Positions 26,747 to 35,523 of a stretch of DNA of 64,000 nt are shown here, piece after piece. Under the pieces are notes generated by a model that did not search any database, had not been told where the DNA came from, and saw only the letters and a program-made list of their open reading frames with translations. Source of the DNA: an uncultured delta proteobacterium (GTDB lineage Bacteria; Desulfobacterota; Desulfobacteria; Desulfobacterales; UBA2156); the NCBI GenBank assembly GCA_963736855.1, contig CAVTQK010000006.1, positions 79,328-143,327 of the forward strand, written 5' to 3'. The position numbers and the translations under genes were made by a program. Within the stretch, counting starts at the first letter, position 1; each line of letters opens with the position of its first letter.

Positions 26747-29068
26747 TTAAGCAGGGACGTCCCTGATTTCGATTCCCATGGACCGAAGCCGGTCCCGGAT
26801 TCGGTCCGCAGCGTCCCAGTCTCCGGCGTTACGGGCTGCTTCCCTGCTTTTGATGAGGGCAATGATCTCCGGGTTTGGTGTGCTGTCCTGAAACCGGAAA
26901 ATGTTTAAAACCCTGTCGATATCCTGAAATGCGCGGATAATCTTTTCAGCTCCCTTATCATCAATTTTTCTTTGCCGGATGTCGATGTTGATCTTTCTGA
27001 TATTATTAAAAAGCGACGCCAATGCCTCAGGCATATTTAAATCGTCATCCATGGCCGAAAGGAATCCATGCTTGATGTCATAAAGGAGTTGATCCACCTC
27101 GGGGTCCGGGGCTCCCCCTTTGATCTGCCGGAGGGAATGAATACAAGCGTCGATCCGTCTCAAAACACGTCTGGCTTCTTCCAGCCGATCCTGCGAAAAA
27201 GCCAGCGGCTTTCGATAATGATTGGAAAGAAGCCAATATCGAATTTCGCGGCCGGAGAACCCCTTATCAAACAGATCCTTAAGGGTCACTCCGCCTTGCT
27301 TTTTTTCCTTTTCTGCAGCGTTGAACAGGACCCGCTCACAGTGAATCCAGTAATTGGCCATGGGGTGCCCGGTCAAGGCCACGGAAATGGCGATGTGATT
27401 TTCATGGTGGGGAAAAACCAGCTCCCGACCGCTGGTATGAATATCGTACCGATCCCCCATGGACTTCCTGGCTATTGCCGCACACTGAAGGTGCCACGAC
27501 GGACGAACATTCCCCCACTCGGTCTTAACGAAAATCCCGCGTTTGAGTTCGGAAAGTCTCGACCGTTTCATGAGGGTGAAATCCCTGGGATTGTCCTTTT
27601 CGTATTCATCCAGATCCACCGTAGCCCCGAGCTTGATTTTATTGATATCGATTCCGGACAGTTTTCCGTAATCCGGGATCCGGGAAATATTAAAATAAAG
27701 GGATCTCAGCTTTTCATAGGCAAACCCGCTCTTCTTGAGGTCACGGGCCATCTGAACCATATCTTGGAGATTTCCGCTTGTCCGGGGATAGCTGTCCGCC
27801 GGCCGGACGCCCAGGGATTCAAGGTCCTTTTGAAACCATTGAATGTGCTCATCCGTAAACTCGGGAAGGGAGATATTGGCCGATTCCGATCCTGCCAGGG
27901 TTTTGTCGTCGAAGTCGGTGATGTTTACGATATGACGCACCGCATACCCCCGGTATCCGAGGTACCGGCAAAGCAGATCGGAAAATACGAATCGGCGGCA
28001 TTCTTCGATTTGCATTCGGGCATGTGCGGTGGGACCGCAGGTATAGAGCGAGGCCTTACCGGGAATCAGGGGCTTAAAGATCTCCTCTTTCCGGCTCATT
28101 GTGTTAAAGAGCCTCAAGTCCACCTTTTCTTTTATTGCAAAGAGAGTCGTGCTGAGATACCTTTCCCCGCCGTCCGGAAGGATTACCACCATGACACCCT
28201 TTTCCATGAGAGCGGCTTCCCTGCAAGCAATTGCCATGGCCGCGCCGCTGCTCATCCCTGCAAAAATCCCCTCTTCTTTGGCCAGCCGTCGGGTCATCTC
28301 GAAAGCTTCTTCATCCTCGACGTTGATCTTTTTATCCAGGCGATTCTTATCGAAGATTTCAGGCTGGTAAGCCTCTTTCATGTTCTTAAGCCCCTGGATT
28401 TTATGACCCAGGTAAGGCTCCACACCGATAATCTGGACGGCCGGATTGTATTCCTTCAGCCGCCTCGAGATCCCCATAAGGGTGCCTGATGTCCCCAGGG
28501 TCGCCACCACAGCGGTAACCGCTCCATGGGTCTGGCGCCAGATCTCTTCGGCAGTTCCATGGTAATGGGCTTGCCAGTTGGCATCGTTGTTATACTGATC
28601 CGGCATGAAATAAAAATTCGGATTCTCCCGGGACATCCGATAAACTTCCTCGATGGCGCCGTCGGTTCCTAAGTGTCCCGGGGTCAGAAGGATCTCCGCC
28701 CCCCGAGCCTTAAGGATTTTTCTTCGCTCTTCACTCACCGCTTCCGACATGGCCAAGAGGAGGTGGTATCCCTTCACTGTACATACCAATGCCAGGCCGA
28801 TTCCCGTGTTACCGCTGGTGGCTTCGATGACCGTTTTGTCGGGCTTCAAAAGGCCGCAATGTTCCCCGGCTTCAATCATGGAAAGCGCAGGGCGATCTTT
28901 CACCGATCCGCCCGGATTAAACGATTCCAGTTTCGCCAATAGCCTCACCCTCGGGTTGGGGTTTAACCGCCGAATCTCCACTATAGGGGTGTTGCCGATG
29001 GCATCAAGGATGGACTGGTTCATTCGTGCTGGATCCTCAAATTCGGCCAGAGCCTGCACGCATGCCAT
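26747..29068 (-). CDS. Fusion protein: PLP-dependent cysteine synthase (CysK/CysM-like) N-domain plus cysteinyl-tRNA-synthetase-like C-domain with degenerate class-I motifs
   Basis: Residues 1-310 carry NTPIVE, GGSVKDRPA (PLP Lys), TSGNTGIGLA and ILPDGGERYLST. From about residue 318, LRLFNTMSRKEEIFKP...LYTCGP...NITDFDDK...WHLQCAAIA...FPHHENHIA aligns to CysRS. However, HIGH is replaced by MQIE and KMSKS by KEKKQ. Confidence 0.8.
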   Translation of the reverse strand: MACVQALAEFEDPARMNQSILDAIGNTPIVEIRRLNPNPRVRLLAKLESFNPGGSVKDRPALSMIEAGEHCGLLKPDKTVIEATSGNTGIGLALVCTVKGYHLLLAMSEAVSEERRKILKARGAEILLTPGHLGTDGAIEEVYRMSRENPNFYFMPDQYNNDANWQAHYHGTAEEIWRQTHGAVTAVVATLGTSGTLMGISRRLKEYNPAVQIIGVEPYLGHKIQGLKNMKEAYQPEIFDKNRLDKKINVEDEEAFEMTRRLAKEEGIFAGMSSGAAMAIACREAALMEKGVMVVILPDGGERYLSTTLFAIKEKVDLRLFNTMSRKEEIFKPLIPGKASLYTCGPTAHARMQIEECRRFVFSDLLCRYLGYRGYAVRHIVNITDFDDKTLAGSESANISLPEFTDEHIQWFQKDLESLGVRPADSYPRTSGNLQDMVQMARDLKKSGFAYEKLRSLYFNISRIPDYGKLSGIDINKIKLGATVDLDEYEKDNPRDFTLMKRSRLSELKRGIFVKTEWGNVRPSWHLQCAAIARKSMGDRYDIHTSGRELVFPHHENHIAISVALTGHPMANYWIHCERVLFNAAEKEKKQGGVTLKDLFDKGFSGREIRYWLLSNHYRKPLAFSQDRLEEARRVLRRIDACIHSLRQIKGGAPDPEVDQLLYDIKHGFLSAMDDDLNMPEALASLFNNIRKINIDIRQRKIDDKGAEKIIRAFQDIDRVLNIFRFQDSTPNPEIIALIKSREAARNAGDWDAADRIRDRLRSMGIEIRDVPA

Positions 29069-29086
29069 CGGCTTCGTTTTCCCGGA

Positions 29087-29740
29087 TCATGACCTTTTTT
29101 CCTTCTTGTTTAGAAGACTTTCGGGGAGCATCCCGATCACCTGGCGGAACACCTTATCCTCGGTGGACGTCGCATCGATAATGCGGATCCGCTGCGGTTG
29201 TGCCTTGGCCATCTCCAGGTATCCTTTTCTCACCTTCTCATGAAAGGATAAGGCTTCTTCCTCGAAACGGCTTTCATCACAAACACCCGAATCCTTGATG
29301 ATCCTTGCCCAAGCCCGGGCCAATCCTTTTTCGGCAGGTAGGTCCAGAAGAAAAGTCAGATCCGGTGCAATCCCGCTGAGAGCGATCGAGTGAAAGGCGT
29401 GGATGAGTGGAATATCCAGGCCTCTTCCATACCCTTGATAAGCGACAGTGGCATCCAGGAATCGATCGCAAAGCACCGACTTTCCTTCAGCCAGAGCCGG
29501 TTCGATGATCTCCTTCACGTGCTGGGCACGATCCGCCATGTAAAGCATCAGTTCGGCCGTCGCATCCAGCATCGAATGATTCCGGTCGAGCAAGATTTCA
29601 CGGATCTTCACGCCGATCTTCGTCCCACCAGGCTCCCGGGTGACGATACAATGATGTCCCGAATCCTTCAGATAATCCGCTACCCGCTGCACCTGGGTGG
29701 TTTTTCCGGAGCCTTCGATCCCTTCAAAGGTAATAAACAT
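29087..29740 (-). CDS. tmk: Thymidylate kinase
   Basis: MFITFEGIEGSGKTTQ P-loop start at ATG 29740. The ORF-track N-terminal extension to 29887 overlaps the upstream gene. Confidence 0.85.
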   Translation of the reverse strand: MFITFEGIEGSGKTTQVQRVADYLKDSGHHCIVTREPGGTKIGVKIREILLDRNHSMLDATAELMLYMADRAQHVKEIIEPALAEGKSVLCDRFLDATVAYQGYGRGLDIPLIHAFHSIALSGIAPDLTFLLDLPAEKGLARAWARIIKDSGVCDESRFEEEALSFHEKVRKGYLEMAKAQPQRIRIIDATSTEDKVFRQVIGMLPESLLNKKEKRS

Positions 29741-29832
29741 GGCAACCTCTTTATCCGTTATGTGTTGGATTGATGGGGTGGAATCGGATCCAGTCAACAG
29801 CCACGATGAAAGAGAAGCTGGGTTATTTTTTT

Positions 29833-30798
29833 TCAACCCTTTTTCCGATAGAACTGCCGCTCCAACACCCTGTGATAGGATGTCCACTGATCGCCCGGGG
29901 AATCGGATTCAATGAACTCCCGTATCCCATTGATCTTGGAATCGATTTCGTCGATGTAATGGAGTAAGACCGCTTCGACGGTCTTGGGAACTTCGGGAGA
30001 TCCGTATTCCCGGCTGCCATGATGGCTGAGAACCAAGTGTTTCAGGAGCATGGCTTTTTCATCAGGGAAATCCCTTATCTCCTTTAATTTTTCCTCTAGC
30101 ATGTGTACACCTATGACGATATGTCCCAAAAGCCGACCCCCATCCGAATAGTCGATCACATGATCATAAATAAATTCTTTGGTTTTACCGATATCATGTA
30201 AAACAGCACCTGCCAAGAGGAGGTCGCGGTCGATGCCTCGGTAGTGACCGGCAATGGCGTCGCTGAGACAGACCATGGACAGGGTATGCTCCAACAGTCC
30301 CCCGACATAAGCATGATGCATCATTTTCGCCGCAGGTGCCTTCTTGAATTGGGCTATCAGCTCCGAATCATCAAAAAACGCCTTCAGAAGTTTTTTCAGG
30401 TGCGCGTCCTTAATGGATTGGGATATGCGATCCAGTTTATCAAACATATCTTCGATATCTCGTCGGGTTTTCGGGAGAAACGCCTCCGGATCAATGTCCG
30501 TCTCCTGAAAAGGGAAGATCTCTTTCACCACTACCTGGAGCTGCCCATGGTATTCCGAAACGAATCCTTTAACCTGGACAAGCTTCCCTTTCCGGATATT
30601 GGCGGCGGCCAGGTCCGCATTTTCCCACATGACGGCCCGGATGCCTCCGGATCGATCGCTAAGGGTCATGGTAAGATAGCTGTTTCCATCTCTCTTTTTC
30701 CCTAATACTTTCTCTGAGAGAGCAAAGATTTCGTCTATGGGTTCCCCCGGCTTCAGATCCGCTGCAAAACGACCTTTGATCGGTTTACTCCCCATCAA
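29833..30798 (-). CDS. OB-fold plus HD-domain 3'-5' exoribonuclease (YhaM/Cbf1-like)
   Basis: N-terminal OB fold (YLTMTLSDRSGGIRAVMWE...KGKLVQVKGFVSEYHGQLQ), and an HD domain (HHAYVGGLLEHTL, LHDIGK). Confidence 0.7.
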   Translation of the reverse strand: MMGSKPIKGRFAADLKPGEPIDEIFALSEKVLGKKRDGNSYLTMTLSDRSGGIRAVMWENADLAAANIRKGKLVQVKGFVSEYHGQLQVVVKEIFPFQETDIDPEAFLPKTRRDIEDMFDKLDRISQSIKDAHLKKLLKAFFDDSELIAQFKKAPAAKMMHHAYVGGLLEHTLSMVCLSDAIAGHYRGIDRDLLLAGAVLHDIGKTKEFIYDHVIDYSDGGRLLGHIVIGVHMLEEKLKEIRDFPDEKAMLLKHLVLSHHGSREYGSPEVPKTVEAVLLHYIDEIDSKINGIREFIESDSPGDQWTSYHRVLERQFYRKKG

Positions 30799-31558
30799 AT
30801 TTGTGAGGCTCCAATTGCCATCCTTTCAATTTTTCAAGGATGTCATGATCGGTGATGTCACACCGGATAGGCGTCAGGGTGATATAGTTTCGACTCAAGG
30901 CCGCCCCGTCCGTATCCGGCCCGCTGAAGGCCCTTTGCTGTTCGCAACCTTGCCAATAATAGGCTCGATTCCTTGGATCCGTCCGCCTTTCAAAGTGTTC
31001 TTCAACGGGGAACATTTCGAGCCGGGTGATCCGAACTCCGGCGGTTTGATCCATAGGAATATCGGGGATGTTGATATTCAAGACAGTTCCGTGATAAATT
31101 GGATGTTCCAACACTCTTTGGGCCACTTGTTCCACGAATGCCGCCGCGTTATCGATATACCGGCCCTCTCCCGGCATAGACACAGCAATGGCCGGAATGC
31201 CGTAAAAACCGGCTTCCCGGGCCGCGCAGACCGTTCCGGAATAATTCACGTTGAAGCCGATATTTGCCCCAGGATTGATTCCGGACAGAACCAAATCGGG
31301 CTTGATGTCCATCAGTTCCAGGATCGCGAGCTTGATGCAATCTGCCGGAGTCCCATTCACTGCATACCCAAAAACATTTCCCTCCAAGTGAATCCGTTCA
31401 CATCGGATCGGTTTGTGCAACGTGATGGAATGCCCAACCGCGCTGCGTTGCCGGTCCGGTGCGACAATGAAAACTTCATGTTTCATTGAAAAACGACGGT
31501 AAAGAGCAAAAAGGCCTCTGGCATGAATCCCGTCGTCATTGGTCAACAAGATACGCAT
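30785..31558 (-). CDS. surE: 5'/3'-nucleotidase SurE
   Basis: MRILLTNDDGIHARGL start at ATG 31558, with GINPGANIG and YSGTV motifs. Confidence 0.85.
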   Translation of the reverse strand: MRILLTNDDGIHARGLFALYRRFSMKHEVFIVAPDRQRSAVGHSITLHKPIRCERIHLEGNVFGYAVNGTPADCIKLAILELMDIKPDLVLSGINPGANIGFNVNYSGTVCAAREAGFYGIPAIAVSMPGEGRYIDNAAAFVEQVAQRVLEHPIYHGTVLNINIPDIPMDQTAGVRITRLEMFPVEEHFERRTDPRNRAYYWQGCEQQRAFSGPDTDGAALSRNYITLTPIRCDITDHDILEKLKGWQLEPHKFDGE

Positions 31559-31763
31559 CTGCTTATCCCTGAAACGCATCTCAACCGGAAATGTCGCTTG
31601 CAAACAGCGGCACCAAACTTTATAAAATCCGAAAGGCGAGCGTAAAACCCCGGTCTATAAAAAGGCCATTCAACTTCATATTGACTTTTAACATCGATTC
31701 GGATCTATACATAAAACTTCATTCGCGTTCAAGAAAGTTATCCATAACAGGCCGAAGCCCTCT

Positions 31764-31860
31764 AAACCCTGAAGTTGCATAAAAAACATGACGGGGAATA
31801 GAAAAAAAGAATGATAACAGAGCATTTGAATACGTTTAGGTATGGTTCTCGAATAAACTT
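31764..31860 (+). repeat. Copy 2 (left part) of the ~165-bp intergenic repeat, split by a MITE
   Basis: Matches the reverse complement of 21805-21900 at about 90 percent by eye. Confidence 0.8.
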
Positions 31861-32051
31861 GGATGGCTTCGTAAAAAGGTTTTATGAGCGCCATCCAAGT
31901 CTTTTCGGAAAAAGAGAGGCAAAGGGTTGAGCGTTAAAAATCTCAAGCTGTTTGAGGCACTTGTGCCGAGTTCTTGAGATTTAGCGAAACCCTTTGGATC
32001 TTCCGAAAAGAATTGCGGCGCGAGAAAAATCGGCCTTTTTACGATTTCATC
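31861..32051. mobile_element. 191-bp MITE-like insertion with imperfect terminal inverted repeats and a 5-bp AACTT target duplication
   Basis: The left end GGATGGCTTCGTAAAAAGG pairs with the reverse complement of the right end, GATGAAATCGTAAAAAGGCC. AACTT occurs at 31856-31860 and 32052-32056. The uninterrupted paralog at 21795-21815 reads ...AATAAACTTTTAGTGAC... and acts as an empty site. The interior folds into a long hairpin (31898-32013). Confidence 0.75.
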
Positions 32052-32125
32052 AACTTTTGGTGACTTCTAAAACAAATAAAAAATTTGTCATGTTTTTTAC
32101 CCAGAGGGAAAGCCAAGGATGCCAT
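32052..32125 (+). repeat. Copy 2 (right part) of the ~165-bp intergenic repeat, includes the lptD start codon
   Basis: Matches the reverse complement of 21735-21809. It contains ATGTTTTTTACCCAGAGGGAAAGCC. Confidence 0.75.
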
Positions 32126-34429
32126 GTCGATCCTCTCTGGCGAGGGAAATTGGCTCTCTTTCTCTCCCTTTTTGTTGTCCTTTTAGGGATGGCGCTTTCC
32201 GGAATGTCCCATGCCGCATCTCGGTCCGAGAATGTCTTTGGATCCACTACCGCCGATGCAAGCTCGCCCTGGCAGGTCACGGCCGATTCCCTGTTTTATG
32301 ACCAAGAAGCCGACCATTACGTCGCCAAGGGACATGTCGTCGTCGTCAAAAAGAGGATGCGCCTCAGCGGCGACTTCGTTCAGCTGAATCACAAAACGGG
32401 CCAGGCTCTTGCCATCGGAAACGCCGTCTTGTCCGATGGAGAGGACATCCTCACCGGGGAGCGCATCCGCTTCGACCTGAAAAATGAAACCGGAAGCGCC
32501 TATCACGGCACCGTCTTTTTAAAACAAAACCATTTTTATATCCAGGGGGATAAGATACAAAAGACCGGCGAAAAGACTTATAGTGCCCAATCGGCAAGCA
32601 TTTCCACCTGTGACGGTGAGAACCCGGCCTGGAGGGTCACGGCCCGAAATGTCTCTGTGGCGCTGGAAGGATACGGCTCCGCCACACACAGTACTCTGTG
32701 GCTAAAAAAGGTGCCGGTGCTTTATACTCCATACTTTGTCTTCCCCGCCAAAACCAAACGCCAGTCCGGATTTCTTCCCCCTCGCCTGGGGGTCTCCGAC
32801 CGGAAGGGAACCGAATATGAACAGCCCTATTTCTGGGCCATCAATGATAATTCGGATGCCACACTCTACTTAGACCATATGGATCGACGGGGAGAAAAAG
32901 TCGGGCTTGAATACCGCTACGTCCTGAGTCGCCTTTCCAAAGGTGCCCTCATGGGAGATTTCCTCAATGATCGTCAGTTGGACGACGGAACCGGCGATTC
33001 AAGCGATCGCTGGGGTTACGAGGACGACAAGTACTTAAGACCCAACCACGACCGTTATTGGTTCAGGATGAAACACGACCAGGTCCTTCCGTGGGACTTT
33101 TTCGCCAAACTCGATCTCGACATTGTCTCGGACCAGGATTATTTGGTGGAATTCAAAAGCGGCTACAATGGCTTCGATGAAACCAATCAGTATTTTGAAA
33201 CCGTCTTCGGCAGGGGCGTGGACGATTATACGGACACCACCCGATTGAACCGCCTGAACCTGAATCGGGCTTGGAACCGAAGCAGCCTCAACATCGAAGG
33301 CCGATGGTATGACAATGTTCTTTTCCGCAGGCACAGCGATCCGGACGACTTAGATAAGACCCTTCAGCGCCTCCCGTTCGTCGAATACGACATTTCCAAA
33401 GGGCGGTTACTAGATACCCCATTTTATTACGATATGTCCTCAGATTATGTCCGTTACTACCGTAAAGACGGGCTGCGGGGGCACCGTGTGGATGTTTATC
33501 CGAAGGCGTATCTACCCGTAAAACTAAACAATTATCTGTCCCTGGAACCTTTTATGGGGCTTCGGGAAACATTCTGGCATATCGACCAGTACGAAACCGA
33601 TAAGGAAGATCAGGACCGCACCCAGCTCAGAGACCTCTATGACGCAGGCGTCAATCTCAGCACGGAATTGTATCGGATTTACAACACCGGAGGGAAAACC
33701 CTCGATAAGATCCGCCACAGCATCCTCCCAAAGATCACCTATCGCTATCTACCGGAAAAAGAACAGGATCAATACCCCAAATTCGACGACGTCGACCGGA
33801 TCGGAAGAGTCAACCAGGTCGGCTACTCGCTGACGAACACGTTCACCTCAAGGTCCCTCAAGAAAAAACCGGACACGGAAAATCCTCAATATATATACCG
33901 GGAATTCGCAAGACTCGGCGTCAGTCAGAGCTACAATATCTATGAAGCCACAGACGAGGACATTGAAGAGAAAGAACCGTTTTCCAACATTAATGGTCGG
34001 CTGGAACTCAGACCCATGGATCATATATCCGTTGACGCCGATGCCCAGTGGTCCGTTTACGAACATGACTGGATGTCTTATAATGCTCAGTGTAAGGCCT
34101 CGGATTATCGAGGGGACAGCTTCCATGTCGAATATCGTTACCGGCGGGATTCAGCCGAAGGTAAATCGAACGGGAAGGAGTCCATTTATACCCGGCTTTA
34201 TGCCAACCTTTTTGGGGGTTTCTCCGCTTTTTGGGAATATGAACGCAACCTGTACGACAAAGAGGATATCAAAACCGGAATCGGGGTGATCTATAAAGCC
34301 CAATGCTGGTCCATCGATTTTCGATATACTGACGAATTCGAAGACCGGGCCTACTCCGTAATGATTAACCTTTACGGCCTCGGCGGCTTCGGAAGCAGCA
34401 TTGGAACCGAAAAACAAGAAACCGAATGA
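32090..34429 (+). CDS. lptD: LPS-assembly outer-membrane protein LptD (OstA family)
   Basis: Signal peptide RGKLALFLSLFVVLLGMALSGMSHA. An OstA N-domain (ADSLFYDQEADHYVAKGHVVV) and a large beta-barrel. ORF-track start 31994 lies inside the MITE, so ATG 32090 is preferred. Confidence 0.8.
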   Translation: MFFTQRESQGCHVDPLWRGKLALFLSLFVVLLGMALSGMSHAASRSENVFGSTTADASSPWQVTADSLFYDQEADHYVAKGHVVVVKKRMRLSGDFVQLNHKTGQALAIGNAVLSDGEDILTGERIRFDLKNETGSAYHGTVFLKQNHFYIQGDKIQKTGEKTYSAQSASISTCDGENPAWRVTARNVSVALEGYGSATHSTLWLKKVPVLYTPYFVFPAKTKRQSGFLPPRLGVSDRKGTEYEQPYFWAINDNSDATLYLDHMDRRGEKVGLEYRYVLSRLSKGALMGDFLNDRQLDDGTGDSSDRWGYEDDKYLRPNHDRYWFRMKHDQVLPWDFFAKLDLDIVSDQDYLVEFKSGYNGFDETNQYFETVFGRGVDDYTDTTRLNRLNLNRAWNRSSLNIEGRWYDNVLFRRHSDPDDLDKTLQRLPFVEYDISKGRLLDTPFYYDMSSDYVRYYRKDGLRGHRVDVYPKAYLPVKLNNYLSLEPFMGLRETFWHIDQYETDKEDQDRTQLRDLYDAGVNLSTELYRIYNTGGKTLDKIRHSILPKITYRYLPEKEQDQYPKFDDVDRIGRVNQVGYSLTNTFTSRSLKKKPDTENPQYIYREFARLGVSQSYNIYEATDEDIEEKEPFSNINGRLELRPMDHISVDADAQWSVYEHDWMSYNAQCKASDYRGDSFHVEYRYRRDSAEGKSNGKESIYTRLYANLFGGFSAFWEYERNLYDKEDIKTGIGVIYKAQCWSIDFRYTDEFEDRAYSVMINLYGLGGFGSSIGTEKQETE

Positions 34430-34462
34430 ATACTTAGGTATCAAGGAAGCAAAACATCAGCC

Positions 34463-35458
34463 ATGGTCATCGTCAAGACACCTCTTCGACTAAGCTTTGT
34501 GGGCGGCGGCTCAGACATGAAGCCCTTTTACTCGAAACAGCCGGGGCAGGTCATTTGCACGGCCATCGACAAATTCGTTTATGCCATCGTCAAGGAACGT
34601 TTCGACGACATGATCTATATCAACTATTCCAAAAAAGAGTGCGTTGAACATGTCTCGGAAGTCCGACATGACCTTGTCCGTGAGGCCATGAAGATCACCG
34701 GTGTTGAAAAAGGGATCGAGATCACCACGCTGGCCGATGTCCCTTCCAGCGGATCGGGCCTAGGGAGTTCAAGCTCCATCACCGTGGCACTTTTACACGC
34801 TCTCTATGCTTACCAAAATCTTCTTATCACTGCAGAGCAACTGGCCCAAGACGCCTGCCGGGTCGAAATCGATATCCTTAAAAAGCCCATCGGCAGGCAG
34901 GATCAATACGCGGCTGCTTATGGCGGTGTGAACCAGTTCATTTTTCATGAAAACGAAACCACCACTCGCATTCCTGTCACCATGGACCGTGCAGCAAAGA
35001 GAAAATTCACATCATCTCTTCTCCTGTACTACACCGGAATTACCCGGAAAGCCGATTGGATCCTTGCCGATCAGCAAAAAAAATTTTCCGAGAAATCTGC
35101 CTTTGATGCCATGGTTCGGATGACAACTTTCGTGGACCCTTTCAGAGAAGCGATGAGCATCGGTAATATCTTAGAATGCGGGCATCTCTTGGATGAAAAT
35201 TGGCGCCTCAAGCAACATATGGCCGAAGGAATCACCAACAACTCCGTCGAGAAAATGATCCGGAAGGCCAGGAAGGCAGGGGCGATAGGTGCAAAGATCG
35301 CCGGGGCCGGAGGCGGCGGATTTCTCCTCTTGATCGCTCCCCGAGAAAAACAGGGAGAAATCATGGAAGCGATGAAGGACTACCGGGAGCTCCCGTTTAT
35401 GCTCGAAGAGAGCGGATCCAAAGTGATCTTCGACGATCGATCGTACTCGAGCAAGTAG
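34463..35458 (+). CDS. GHMP-family sugar kinase (heptose-7-phosphate kinase HddA-like)
   Basis: MVIVKTPLRLSFVGGGSD start and the GHMP motif PSSGSGLGSSSSITVALL. A GmhA-like isomerase lies nearby. Confidence 0.65.
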   Translation: MVIVKTPLRLSFVGGGSDMKPFYSKQPGQVICTAIDKFVYAIVKERFDDMIYINYSKKECVEHVSEVRHDLVREAMKITGVEKGIEITTLADVPSSGSGLGSSSSITVALLHALYAYQNLLITAEQLAQDACRVEIDILKKPIGRQDQYAAAYGGVNQFIFHENETTTRIPVTMDRAAKRKFTSSLLLYYTGITRKADWILADQQKKFSEKSAFDAMVRMTTFVDPFREAMSIGNILECGHLLDENWRLKQHMAEGITNNSVEKMIRKARKAGAIGAKIAGAGGGGFLLLIAPREKQGEIMEAMKDYRELPFMLEESGSKVIFDDRSYSSK

Positions 35459-35523
35459 GAAAAGGGATTCAACATATCCTCGTCTTCGGTAAAACACACC
35501 GGGACAATTCAAGGACAACATTG

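Noticed and set aside
27068-28489. 473-aa ORF on the plus strand
   Set aside because: It is antisense to the CysK::CysRS-like gene and has no recognisable motifs. A shadow ORF.
31994-32089. ORF-track start of lptD at 31994 (MDLPKRIAAREK...)
   Set aside because: These codons lie inside the 191-bp MITE insertion and the repeat. The signal peptide follows ATG 32090.
35200-35523. N-terminal 108 codons of ORF 35200..36663. The same applies to 37104..37259 of the NusG-paralog ORF and 29741..29887 of tmk.
   Set aside because: They overlap the preceding genes in another frame. The conserved N-terminal motifs (GGAGFIGS, WYVLHT, FITFEGIEGSGKT) start right after internal ATGs.
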